NCBI GenBank assembly: GCA_036172245.1
Contig: JAYWIR010000025.1
Coordinates: 1 to 64,000 of the forward strand
Length of the DNA: 64,000 nucleotides
Source of the DNA: Raillietiella orientalis
Taxonomy: Eukaryota
Direction of reading: 5' to 3'
Positions 1-13,400 of this stretch are shown in pieces. Each line of letters begins with the position of its first letter. Position 1 is the stretch's first letter. The position numbers and the translations under genes were made by a program. The notes below the pieces were generated by a model. The model saw only the letters and a list, made by a program, of their open reading frames with translations. It searched no databases and was not told the origin of the DNA.

Positions 1-1350
1 TCGAAAGCGGTGCGGACGCGCGCGCTGCTCCGTCTGCGGCGATAGCCCCCCCCCCCCCCCCCCTCCTCCCAGCCTCTTCCCGTTGATTCAAGTTCCGGGT
101 TCCCATAATTAATAACACCGTCATCGGTTCCGGGGCGACGTGTTCCTCCGCGAGGAGAGATTTACAGAGCTCAAGTTCTTCCGACGCCGCCGTTTCCAAG
201 CAGCGGACGTCCGCGCACGCTTCCAAAATTAAATACGAAGTGGGAAGGAAGTGGAGGAGAGAGGAAGGAAGATGCGCGACCAGGAAGGACTGGTAGCTCC
301 GCGGTGAGAGGAGCGGGGACCTCGAGGAAAGGGCACGCCCTCTCTCCCCTCTTCCCCACTCCGAAGAGCTCGGCGCGGCGCGCACACGCGCCGGGAGTCC
401 TCGCGGCTCGGAAGGGCAGGCAGCTGGCACCCCCATCGTCTCCCGAACGGTGCGGCGGGAGTGGGAGTTCTGGAACAAGCGGGAAGGTCATCAGAGCCTC
501 GCCTAGCCCATTAGACTGGGAAACTCCACGCCCTGCCGCGAGCGGAGGGTCTGCTCGAAGCGATTCCGCCCTGCCATGCCGCCGCGCCCTCTTCGGGATT
601 CGCCATCTTGTTTTGACCCGCACGTGCATCTCCGCAGTCGCATCACCTCTTCGTCCCGCTGCGTTGCACCACCTCCATTTCTCCTTCGCAGACAGTTTGC
701 AACGCGCCACTGTGCCTCCGCTGCGCTATACCGTCGCTACGCCGCAGCGGTGATAGAGGCGTCCCACCGCGTGCCTGGTCCGCACCTCGTAGCCGGGGCA
801 ACCGCACTCGATAAGGATGCTGGCGCATCTCCGCTACACACCCGCTTGCAAGGCAATGCACATCAGCCCGGTTGGAGTCGAGGTAGCCGGTTCGACCCCC
901 CATCCCAGCTGCAGTGTGCAGGAAAGCCCGCTCTGCCGAGCCAGGTGCTCCGGAAGGAGGCGGGGACGGGGCGGTTTTCACCGCCATCCGGCGCAGCCAG
1001 CTCCGCTGGCAACAAGATCGATCCCAGGGGATGGTGCCTCAGCTTCATGATGCATCTGTTTCGGATGCCGGTCCGAACACGCGTCGGTAAAGGTAGCAAA
1101 TGCTGCCGTGGAACATCACGTCGTGCTTGGGGGGTGCGTGTTTCGAAAATCCGACGGTGGAGCAAGTACAGCCCTTCAAGACGATCACGAACGCGGACGG
1201 TACGTGAATTATCGGTACACGACCCGCCCGTAACGGACTCGGTGATGCTGCGCAAGGGGGTGTGAGTGAATCCCCGGTTGGTCCGAGGCCGTGCTGCAGA
1301 ACTGTTTCCGGTGTCAGGACTGGGGGCGAACATGGTGGGGATCTTCGCTG
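1..1350. promoter_or_regulatory. GC/CpG-rich island; candidate promoter or 5' exon region
   Basis: Visibly richer in GC and CpG than the following DNA; C18 run at 46-63; consensus donor GTGAGT at 1262. The link to the Ig gene is inferred only. Confidence 0.35.
46..63. repeat. C18 homopolymer (G-run on the minus strand)
   Basis: Read directly from the sequence. Confidence 0.9.
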
Positions 1351-3399
1351 TTGTTTCCATGGAATTTGCCTGCGCTGCTTTTGAATAGAGCATGCATCTT
1401 CCGAAATCGAATGTCTGGATGGCTTATCTGCGACAGCACGAAGACGTGATGGAATATGCAGCATCTTTTTGCCATTTTTCTTTTTCTTCGAGGGGTAGAA
1501 CTCATTTGCCATGGATAGGGAAGTACCCTAGCACGTGTCCCTTCCAATGTATAATGGAGTGACCGAAGCACTAATTACAGGAAGTCTTTATTTTGTACAC
1601 TGACTCCTCGTGAAGCGTGCAGCCTGACGCACAAGAAGAGCACCATTCAGGAACGTAATCATTATTTATCTTTTTACGACTCCCCAAACAATCAGGATCA
1701 AAAGTTGAAACAAAAGTCTTTTTCGCAACCTTTATGCTGTGCGCCTCTTCGTTAAAACATTTAGCTGGATAATGGATGCAGAAAGGGGAACTTTTTGTAG
1801 GCCAAAATGCCTTCAACGTGGGCATGGAGTAGATTCGACTTTTGTTCCATTCCTCATGAAAAAAGAAGAAAGAATGAAGATTTTTTGGACGGAGTTGGTT
1901 TCCGGGACGAGGCTGCGTCATCCGAAGTGATTTCTTTCCCAATTATCATTAGAGGGATTGGAACTCTTGAGGATTGAAGTCCGCAGTCTCCAGGAACGCC
2001 TTGCAATCGAGGATTTCAACACTTTGGCATGGCTCCTCAGTCAGGGTTCCACCCGCTCGGAGGCTCCAAGTGACGTCAGTTGGATATCAGTGGTCGCTGC
2101 AGCGGTGTCCTCAAGAGCAGTTCGTGGGCACTCCAAGACCGTTCCGCAACAGCAAATCCGAACCACGTTCTTTTCGAATTACCAATGTTTCTTCCTTTTC
2201 TTTTCTTTTCTTTTTTTTCACGCATGGCTCCTCCCATTGGCCCTTATTTGACGATTATGCATCTAACCACTGTCACAAGACTGGAACTAGTAGCATTCTT
2301 GTCTGCTAATTAGGTGTTGTTGTGTTTAGTGTCGGACCTTTCCCCTGCACCAAAACGGAGTCCTTAAACAGGATGATGCCTTATCAATCAGAGTCCTGTT
2401 TGCTGGTTTGATATGTTTTTCTACCTCTCGGCATCGCACGAATTCTTGGTTTCCATCACATGATGCAATCCGCGCCGATCCATGCTTCATATCCAACTTG
2501 ACCTCGTGCCTTCCTACGTCTTGTCTTTCCACATGGAAGACTTCCCGAGATCAGAAAGTACCCATGTGCATGAAGGAGCGCCACGGTTCTCGTGGGCAGC
2601 AAACAAATGGCACTTCGTCACGTTAAGCGAATAAAAGACCTCAGGAACGACAAATCTGTTCAATTAAAATCTGTAAGAAAGAGGACGCTGATCCTTAGAT
2701 AGCCAGTGTTTGTTTGTTATCACGCGTACAAAGCACCTCAGGTCTTTAGTGTGCTTTGACTATTTTCCCAATTGAAAAAGATTGTAGATGAGGCCCTTCT
2801 CCGAAGGACAGAAGGTCCAGTGTCTGCTGCCACCAAAACATTGCACAATGCCTTTTCTGAAATCATGATAGTCTCCAGGACATAAGAAAAATAAAAATCC
2901 GGGCTAGTTCGAAGAACATTTAATGTAGGAATATTATGTCATTCTGTAAAGTAACAACATACCTGGAATTATCGAAACTAATTAAGACTCTGGAATAGTA
3001 TTACTTTGTAGCAGATGTTTTGTATGCGCTTATATGTATGCAAAGTGTTTCTCCTAGACCCCACTTGTGCTTTGTCTTAAGCAAATGACCAATCCTGCTT
3101 ACCTACCACACGCCTACAGTCGAGATGGCTAAGAGCCAACGGAAGAGATATTAGTAGCTCTGGGGATAAAATCAAAGTTCAGAGCAATAAAAGGGATGTT
3201 GAAGACCGAGGGCTGGAATGGTCGGAAATGCACAAGTAAGGAAATGAAATCCAAATCTCGTTGGATAAAATTCCTTTAAGAGGGTCAAATTAATCTTCGC
3301 AAACAGGTCGTCAAGATAATAGTGTTATCACCATAGCACGAAAGAATTAGGCACTTAAACCTCCGAATACAAAGCAACGGCATCGACTGGTCCTCATTG

Positions 3400-3666
3400 T
3401 GTAGAAAGGAAAGCTCACTGTCACATTCTGGCCCAGAGAAAGCCAGCATAAACTTTCTGGGAACGTCCTGAATTCTCTACACCATCTGTTTCTCTGGGCC
3501 AACACTTTCCCAACGTTCCTCCATCTATTTCCTGGTGATGCTGTAGTTCTTCACAGGCAGTATCCATGGATACTACAGTCAGCATAACGGTGTGACGATG
3601 GTCATTAAAATCACATTTGTCCTGTCGTGTAATCTTTTTCACAATAGCCTCTTATGGAATAAATCC
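3400..3666 (-). mobile_element. Highly decayed non-LTR retrotransposon (RTE/CR1-like) reverse transcriptase fragment
   Basis: GFIP*EAIVKKITRQDKCDFNDHRHTVMLTVVS ... YAGFLWARM*Q resembles the LINE RT N-terminal motifs 'G.IP.EW..A.I.PI.KKGDK.DC.NYR.ISLL.V.SK' and 'Q.GFR..RS..DQ'; contains stop codons. Confidence 0.35.
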
Positions 3667-6600
3667 CACTACTCTACTCTGCGCTTTACTTGCTAACAAA
3701 TCCTTGCTCCTTTATTTTATTTTATTTTATCTATTGATTCGTTGGCTGAGTTTCGAACTGATGTGGGCGTTTCGAGAGTTACCATCTAATAAGCTGCAAC
3801 GAGAATATGGATCGAGGGAAATACTCAGGCGGCATGAAATATCCGAGTAGGAGTAATCAGAAGCTCTGAAACTAGGCGGACGAAATGTCGACTTCATTGT
3901 AACTGAGGTCCAGAAGGGCTTTACAAGCAGATGACGTGAGTGACCAAACAAAAGGTGAACATGACCCATTCCCAGGAAACAAATCTGTGAGTATGGAAAA
4001 ATCAGAAGACAGTAGATGCTGGAAGGCAAATGAGTGTTCACAATGGTGTCTTCGAGGTGAAGAAGTTTCGCCTACCACGAAGGTCTGCCCTTCCTCAAAA
4101 TACAGGAGAAATGGGAACGAATTTCGCAATTTGTGCTGCCGCGTTTCAAACTGGAATTATGAGCTTTGAGGTGTGTGGGTTTTTTTTTTTTTTCTATCTC
4201 TCCATTGGAATGAACAACTTTTTCTCCCGTTTCTTCTCGTTCCTGAGATGCGTCACGGTGGTTTATCGAGAGAACATGTTAGAGATAAAAGAAAGCGTGC
4301 TGAGCGCAGCATCCGAATTCGAATGGCTTGATATCCGAAACGACCGAGGAGTTCGAATTCGAGCAGAAAAATGCATAAAGCCATCCTGGAACTGTAATAT
4401 CAATCAAAGTTGCACGCGGACAATTGGGCTCCTTGAATGATTGTGAGGGGAGCCAATTATCCTCCGATAGCTCAGCAAGCAAGTGCTTGCGGTTTCCGTG
4501 GAGCAAAAGTGAATGCTTTACGTGTGATGATGGGCTGATCCGTAAAGCAGCAGAAAATTGAGAGTTCTCTTAAGACTCCAGTTTGACTGCTCAGTGTACA
4601 ATCCAAATTATGCCGAGGAATCACCAGTCGGGTAGCCATTTGAAGGTTACGAGGATACTGGCTCCTCACAGCAGTGAGAGAAACGAAGGGATCTTGAGAT
4701 GCGAATTATCGATTCATCCGCATCAACTGGTTCCTGATCTTCGAAAGAGCATGCAGATGTTAAATCTGTGGCTTGAGATGAATTCTTAGCTAATGGGGAG
4801 AAGGACGTGGTCCAGGGCAATTTAACAAGGGATTAGTGAGATCCCATGTAGACGTCGAGCAAGGCAGAAATTTGCAGAGCGACGGCTTCACTTTAATCTC
4901 CACAGAAGAGTTCAGTCTACTGTCCTGAAGCGCACTTAATTGTTCGTGCCTCGCATCTCATCTGAGAGAGTGAATGCAAAACGATGATTTAATTTCCAGT
5001 TTTTTGCTTTCGATGGATGGATGCGTTTCCTGGATACCTCAAGAGACCACACTCGGAATAAAAATGAAGGACTTTTTATTCCGCTTACTGTGCGTTTGAC
5101 TGTGCGTCGCTCTGAAGTTTTTGTTTTTCTCCATCATCACTGATTGAATGGTTAGCAGTGAAAGCCGAAGGACTTCAAGAAGATCCTTCCGTTCAGGTGG
5201 ATCCACTTTTAAAATAGCAGTGACCCCCTCGGCCACGTCGCGGTCGCCTGGAAAAACTGCAGCACCCGAAGCACTGGAAGCTGCAGGAAACTTTAAGATC
5301 TGATCAGTGGGCGGCTGTGCTGATCCCAATGATGGATAAGAGTAACGCAAAGGTTTCCCGAGGAAGGAGAAACCCGACTGCTCCAGAAAGTTCAAACATC
5401 GGAGCAGAGGACGGTTAGTCGTTCCGCGTGCTCGCTGTTATTACTGCAAGGTGCTTTCCCAACTGCCAACCGCGTAGTCAGGAAGCTCCTCTCCGTGTTG
5501 ACAAAAAGGTCGCGACGATCAGCTGACTTTCGGGAAAAGTTGACTTCTGAATTGGCAGGCATCTGTTTTCTTCATGGCTTGTGATGATTGCTTTGGTTTT
5601 CACATGGTTTGTGATGAGAGTATGAGATGCCCTTACGCTGACGAAACTTCTTCGAAAGAGCAGGAAGATTTGCATTGCCCAGTTTGTGAAGAGAGCCTTT
5701 TAAATCACGAGCGGCCATGAACGATGCTTCTATGATTAGAAGGACCTTCCACAGAGCTACAGGGCTTGCAGAACTCATGTGTCGATTTCATGTCGTATTT
5801 GCAGGGTTGCCCCTCATTCTCTGGAAATCAAAAGCACATCATCCTGCAAGTCCGAATGTGACATTTGATGATTTTCAACTATTCCTGGACCGCAAAATTT
5901 ATTTCGAAAGTTTTGGTTTCGGTGTCAACCGCTCCGGGCGCATTTCGTAACGCTTCTTTTGTCGCACCAAAAAATGTGAGCTTTGGAGATCCACTTATGG
6001 ACGTCTAGTTCTGAATCTCATAGGCATAAGCTTTGTGAAACTTGAGCTTCATATTTAGAAGAGGGATGAAAACTTGAATAGGAAGAAACCTTTCTGAACA
6101 CTCCGCATCCCTCCTCTCAGCAGCAATGCTCAGACACAGTTAGGCGAATAATTCCCATGTTTATTAATTAAACTCTGAAGAGTATGTTCTGGACAGCTGC
6201 ATTTTCGACTTTCCTAAATAACGTTCCTCAACCACAAAAGAGTAGGGCTTTCAAGTTACTGATATCAGCTTTCATATACGCATCTCTCGCGATGATTGGT
6301 CTTCTCAGATTCAGTGGGTTCATTTCGAATTGAGCAGAGCTGCAATAACCCACAGTTAAGTGCAGTGTCCCAGCGCAAAAACCGAGCTGGTAGGAAAAAG
6401 AGGCCTGTGGCATCGCGCGTCCGTCAGCGAGGTGGCTACCAAAGCGTGGTCGTTTTAAGATTCGACTTGCACTTCGGTTTACGCAGTTCCCTTGCTGCCC
6501 TTAGGGAGTGATGCGTCATCTAAGCTGAGAATTCTAGCAGACATCCGATGGACAAAGGGTATGGTGTAGAATAGCACCGCATCAGTTGCTTAAGTAGTTT

Positions 6601-7365
6601 CCATAATTACTGTCGCTAATGATTAATTGAAGAAATTACAGCCTCAGGAAAGTGCATCGGGTGACGTTTTTCCTTGAATCGCTTGACCTCAGTTCCAGCG
6701 TAACCATCAAAGAGGTGAAACTGTGTGGAGCAAAGCAAATTTCCGAGGACACGAAGGTGTGGTGCAAAGGCCTGTCTTCTGTGGATGATGGAGCTTTGCG
6801 TGCTCCGGGAATCGTTCAGACTACCTGATTCTGAAGCTCTGACCTTTGAACTCAGAGATGCCATGCTCGCTTTCACCGAGGAGTATGAAATGGGAAGAGC
6901 AATCCAAAAAAGTGTCTTCCCGTGTTAGGAAGATGCGTACTTACGTTAAAGTGATCCAGTGAAGGGGGGAAATATGAAAAACAGAGAGAGAGAAAGAAGA
7001 AGAAATCCGCTGATTTTAGTGATTTCACAAGATTCAAGTTTGCACCATCATCAGCTGGAAAAGCTTTTGTCTTTAAGTGGAACTTCTGGATGTAACGCGA
7101 TGATGCAGGAAGTGACGCTCCTGCGTCACGTCCTTGAATTATTTATGCTTCAGAAAGAAACCCACTGGAAGGAACGGAATATTCGAGAAGTGCTGATTGA
7201 AACATTTTCGATGCTTTTTCCGGATGCATTTCGTAGCCCATCTTTCGTCTCATCGGAAGATGAGAGCGTTGAAGATCTATTTATGGATGACGTCTTTGTG
7301 AAACTTTGAGCTCAATATTTAGAATCGTTTCGTGAGCGCCACTTCAAGTCCACAGCATGCCAAAG

Positions 7366-7429
7366 TTTGGAAGTAGATCCCAGTCGTCATTGTGTTCGGA
7401 TTTCAATTTTGGAAGTAGATCCCAGTCGT
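7366..7429. repeat. 22-bp exact direct repeat, two copies, period 42
   Basis: TTTGGAAGTAGATCCCAGTCGT at 7366-7387 and 7408-7429. Confidence 0.92.
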
Positions 7430-10400
7430 TGAGAACAAGGGAAATAGGCAAGGTCACTGAAGTGTTCCAGCAAGAGAGAGAGAGCATGAGGTGTTTATGT
7501 GCTTCCGGGATCAAGAATTTGGTGATGTAATAACGACCACGTGGATGCGCAACGGAATCCAATTGTCAGTTTTATTGCCTCATTTGGTTGTTTCCTTGAG
7601 GATGGTAAAAATCCTTCAGCTGAAAGCGTAATGTTGGTTTGTGGGATGTTCTGATACATGAATTGTATTGGTCCATCGTTCACAGCGCAGCTCCGTGTAC
7701 TTTCCAAATGTTCGACTGTAACGCGTTTGGTCTATAATTTAGATTTTTCATTGATTTAATTTAAAACGCTGTTGCATGCAAAAGCACTTGAAAGATGAGG
7801 CCGATTACAAAAGCGTTTGAGGAAACATACGTGACCACTTCTACTTAGGTCAGCGCATTGGTTCCTCTCAGCGTTTATTTTCCGTTACATGAAAACAAGA
7901 TGTTCCGCATTAGTGGGGTCCAGAATGGTTGCCCTAATTCTATAAAAGTAGAGATCCAAATCAGCAGATCGGTGTTTCTGTAGTTAGGCGGCTCTCTTTC
8001 CCTCCGCAATCCAAGTGCCCAAGCTCTTGAGATAATGGATTTCAGTCTTCATTTATCATGTAACACATCCCAGGTTTTGAATTCATTTTCTTGATTGCTC
8101 CGTTTTGTTCGTTTGGATTTTCGTGTCAATCACCTGTTGCCGCTGGCAATTTGCAAATCACTATAGTTGATTTCTTCCAAAGCGTTCTCAGACATCCTGA
8201 ATTCCTTCTTGTTTCTCTGTGTAAGATGAAATTTCTGTTCTTGCTAAGTAAATTCGCGATCCTTCTCCCTTCCTCTTCAAACGCTCAAAGGTGTTCTCTT
8301 TTCCCTAAGACAGACCAAAATGCTCACTTTTCAGGAGTGGTACAACTGAATACGTGAGTTATTTCGAGGGTGATCTCATGGACCTCATAACCGAGTGCCA
8401 ACTCTTTGTTCCCTGTCCCTCCATTGACTGTGTTTCTCCGGTTCCCATAAAACACCACCTCGTTGGTCTGCTTCTGGAGGCCTTTGATTTTGCACTTTAG
8501 CAATCTCCATTTGCAGCTGTCACATATTTGTTTCGAAAAAGTGTTTTACAATAGCCTGATCTCTTCGGGGCCTCGAAAAGCATCCTTTAACTTTAAGCAG
8601 CTCTCGATGCGGCTTTGTGTATTTATGAGAAAATGAGAATGTCATTCCTCAGAAAAGAAGAAACCATTGATGAAAACAATAAGAAGACGGCAGTGGTTTC
8701 TTTTCGCTCTTAGTTTCGTATCTCAGAGATGGTAATTTGGACCCCGCAGATATCCCAGTTTGTTAATAACCAGTCCCACACTTCTCATTTCATAGTTCGT
8801 AGCTCATGTTAATGAGACATGCAGAATTCTTTAATCAATCATCTTAATAGAAAGCTGGATGAAAACGTACATCCTCCATTCAAAAGGAAATTCTCTGCCC
8901 GGATCGTCGAGGACACGGTAGGCTATCTTGAAATCCTCTGGTCGCACATCAAATGATTCCGCGTTTCCCGCTCTGCTTGGATGATGGCAAGATCAGAACA
9001 ATCCATTCCGGAGTTGTAGTGGATTATCAGAATTAGAGAGCAGGAATTGTCTAGGAAATTGGCGGGAAAAATTTCTCGGTTCGAGTTTTTCAATCATGCT
9101 TGTTTTTCCTGCATTAGAACTAATTTTTCACGAGATATTCCTCATATCTTCCGTGTAACAGGAGCGGGCAAAAACACTTGCTGATAATAATGTGTGAGAA
9201 TCATAATGGGAGGGAACTTGGAACATATCTTCCTTACAATAAGAAACCCAACGGGTGAAAGAAGCTCGTGAGACATTGACAAATGGCTTCACAAAAATTC
9301 CTTGATTCCCATTCCGTTTTTGAAATATGAGCGGGATTCTTAATCTAAAATTCAGGACACTGCATCCTGATCCCGTTTAGAGTGAACTGGTGCTCCATAA
9401 AGATTGCGACTTCACGTGAAAGGAAACGTCAGCCTTTCATTGCTTTTGGTCCATATCTTAGCACGGCAATTTGTGCGACTATGGTGCAATTATTATGTGA
9501 CCGTAGTGTTGCAACTATCGGGGGCTGTAGGTCTGCCCACAGCTGTCTCCTACAAACATGCGAGCCTCAGCTGTCTCGAGCTGCTTGAAATGAATATAAG
9601 AATCGCTTTGGGGTTTCCGGAACCCCAAAAGTTAAGGTTTCCAGGATCTCTGTGCTCTTTTTGATTTCTTTTGTAAAAGAGGAATCATTAGTCCCATCAG
9701 GAAGACCGTATTCACGAAAAGGGAAAGAGGAGAGAGGAACGTGTTACAAGTTCTTCAACTGTAATCAAGTGATTTATTGCAATTGAGAAATTCTCAACAC
9801 GAACAGATAATGCTATTTTGAATTTCGAAAATGCGTCCAGAAATTTCTTCAGGCTTCTGGAAGTCAATAAACGATTGCCCATAAAAGAGATGCAAATTAC
9901 GAGTGAATTTTGCGGTCCTATCTAATGTTAGAAGGCCGAGACAGATTCGTCCCAGAGGAGGGGTAATCCTATATGTACGCAATATTCGCTGACCAGTCCA
10001 TAAACGATCCTCTAGAATTTGTCACTAGCATTCTGAGGACTCGCCCTTTTTCTTATGCCCGCAGGTCAGAGGCTCTTCTAGATTCACACTAGGGGGGAAG
10101 TTCTTCCTACCACCTTTCTGTCGCACCGGATTGCACTTTAACCACAGACCTCCGGTTCGACACGCATGATAACAGGGTGGACACTTGCGAAGCGTGCAGC
10201 TTGCCGACTGCTCTCCGTTGCTTCCTTCTTCTGAATCGGCAGGGATGCAAGCGTTCGAGTTGGTTCCTGCTGGAAGCTTCCGGAACTCCCAGCAGATTCT
10301 CCAAGGTGGTGGCGGGAACCGCTTTTCTTCCACCAAAAGCTTCCCTCACGGAATTTCGAAAGGATTCCGATGGAAAGAGTAGAATCTCCAGGCACCATCG

Positions 10401-13400
10401 GAATCCTTCAGATGGTTTCCAGTGTCCTCCACATGTAGGTGTAGCCAAGCCGATGTACTGTGACAGATAGGATTACTCTCTGTCGGTCCATAAATAACCA
10501 GGTACTTTTGGAATATTTGTCACCATGACATTCTTTTGGACGAATTATCTGTGAAAACTGAAACAAGCGAAGCGGTTGACCTTAGCGAACAAAAATTACA
10601 TATACAAATTGCGTATACGTGTGTTTATTCGTAGTCGTTGGCCTCTATATAGGAATAGATATATGCGTTTGCGTGCATGTGTATTTTTTTAGTAAAATTT
10701 TTCTCTTACATTTCCCGAAGAGAGGAGTACCACTGCTTGTGAGGAGCTCACGTGGCAGTCATCCACCAACACATCGATGCAAACAGGCGCCATGCGGAAA
10801 ACTCGAGTCACTTTCGTCGCAAATAGGGTTTCGAATTTCGGGCCGGCCGTCCCTACGAGGGGAAAATCACTTATTTCCTGAACTCTATCCTCCCATTTAT
10901 CTTCGCCATTCGAGAAAAAACCCGATTCTCCTCGATGACGGAACGACTCACCGGAGCAGGCAATACACCTCGATTCCAGAGGGGAACACTCAAGTTGTCC
11001 ATCCATTTCCAGCACACCTTCGTTATTCATCATCTCTCCTTAGCTTATCCTAGAGTTCATCACTTTCCTTCCCGAAGCTCCCATCTAAAAGGCTTCCCAT
11101 CATTTGCATTTTTGGAACTTTGGACGCAACACGGACTGCAATGATTGCTGTAGCTTGCGGTGGTCAATAGGTTTCGCCCATCTGCAGGATTTCATAGGAA
11201 TGCAAAAATGCCAAAGTGGAAATGGATGAATGGAAATTATCTGTATATATATTCCATTTTATATACGTACATTCTTAGCAATTCAATCAAATGGATCGTC
11301 TAAACTTTACCTCTGGAAAATGGATCGTACATTTGATATCAGTCAGGCGACGGCATTTGAAGTGTACAGATTGCAATCGTGTTCATGATTAACCAGTAAC
11401 AACAAGTTTCTAGCTATTGAATACCCCACTCGTAACTTATTTGGGGCAGTCCGGAATGAATTATTGCCTATGAAAAAGAAATAACCAACCAAAGGGCTTT
11501 GAGTTTTGCTGCATGAGACCCAATCGACAGTGCATCTTTGAGACAGCCTTGCAGCCCTGCTGGTCTTCTTTTCCAGGTGTTTCCATGAGTTTTTGTACCC
11601 CGTGAACCGGCAGACCCTACTAAAGATGCGCGTCTAGTACATTCCACCAGAGCCTCGATGGCTCATTTTTTTTTTTGTTTTTGTGAGTCTAGTGGGAAAT
11701 CTGGTTTTGTCTCTTTGAATTCCAAGTCTTGCATTCTTCTTTTTTTCGAGCACCAGTAATATGCTAACACACGTGCATTGCGTAAATTGATTAAGGCTTC
11801 GAGTTTTAATCGAAATGCTATAATTTTCGTTGTCAACCGACAGAAGTGGTCCATTTGCCGAAAGTCCAGTGGTCCAAAATGGAGAAGACCTATGGTCTTC
11901 TGCATTTTGGGCAGGAGAGAAATCAATATTCTTGAAGAGCAGTTTCGTTATATGCCACTTTCGCAATGTGGCGATGAATGGACGCTGGTCAACACGGCGA
12001 TCTTAAAAGGTACACTATCTCTTGCAGCAGTTAGTTGCAATCTTGTGGTTCTTTACCGGAACTCTTGATAAACTATACTTAAGCGGGAGCAGGTCAGTGC
12101 AAGGAAAGCGATGTTTATGAGTAAAAAAAAGTGGTAATCTTATTCAGCATACGGAAGATGCTGTATGACGCAAATACTGAGGTCACTCTTGGACCGAGTT
12201 CAGTATTCATGAGTTTATCTGGGTTGGGTCTCCCACCCACCCAAAAGCACAGCGAGCAAGCATGTACTTCTTCATGTACTTAGGACTTGCTCTGTGTTTC
12301 CTCTTACATTTGTTCCTCGTGACCAGATTTCACAAACAGAGTCTCATCATGTTACCCCTTTTGAGGCTCTTCCCTACGAAGTAGTGTGCTCCTCTCAGAT
12401 GCCGACAAGTTACCATTTGGAACACATTGAAGAGTTACGCTGGTTTGTCTTTTTCATGTGGTTGTTACAGGCAGCAGGCATGCGTGTCAATTGCTTCATG
12501 TTGGCAGCTTCAAACCGGAAAGTTTTCCGTATTGTCAAGAATAAATATCAAGAAGGATTTTTTATTTGTTTTAAGACTTTGCACCAAGGGCATCGGTCGA
12601 AGTTACCGTTTCTAGGTACACTCTGCAGAAAAGTTCAAATTACAAAAACCTGCCACTTTTCTGTCTTTTCTGAAACCGTTGCTAGCTCAACTTTTTACGG
12701 TCTTTGATGATACTGGCATCTCTTATAGCCGTTACTAGAACTTCCTTTATACTTTGGAGTGTTAGGGAAATTCGAGTGAGTCGGAGACTTGGAAGATTCT
12801 GATCACTGGAGCGATACGGATGGATACATCTCATGAATCAATGAGCACGAATATTTAACCATCAGACATGTGGAGAGTAGCTTGATGATTTGAACACTGT
12901 GTATTAACTTCTAGAGGCTGCACCAAAAATACAGTCTGCTAGATCTCATCCGATTTTATTTTCTGATCTCCAAAGCTCCATGGTCTTGTCTTCATGGTTT
13001 TCGCTTGTTCGAACTTCATCGCTTCCTGCTTAGGAGAAACCTCTTTTAACAGGCGCCACCGTTCCTATCCAAGACACCATCTCAAGGAACATTTTGCCTA
13101 CTGACTTGCAGAGTGAGAACGCAGAGTGATGGCGGCGGCCACAGAACCCTTGGTAGCATCACTGCAGAGAATCTGTCATCACACGCCACTCACCCTAAAT
13201 GGAAACCACCACAAAGCATGGCCACTGGTAGCATCAGATGGAACAGCTTGCTAGCTGAAAGCTAACGTGGGACGGTTTTTGGAAAAGAATGGGAAAACTC
13301 GGCGGTAGAAACTCTTTTGAACGTGTTTTAGGGGTACATTTGAAAATGAAAGGGGGCATCCGAAGATGTTGTAAGAAAAGAAAAAATCAAAAACGAAAAG

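Noticed and set aside
821..900. B-box-like GGTTCGACCCC
   Set aside because: No cloverleaf and no properly spaced A-box
171..1512. Long overlapping ORFs (e.g. 576..1265, 229 aa)
   Set aside because: Arg/Pro/Ala/Ser-rich products open in several frames, as expected from high GC; no domain recognised
7366..7429. Repeat-spacer-repeat resembling a mini CRISPR array
   Set aside because: Only two repeats, no cas genes, eukaryotic context
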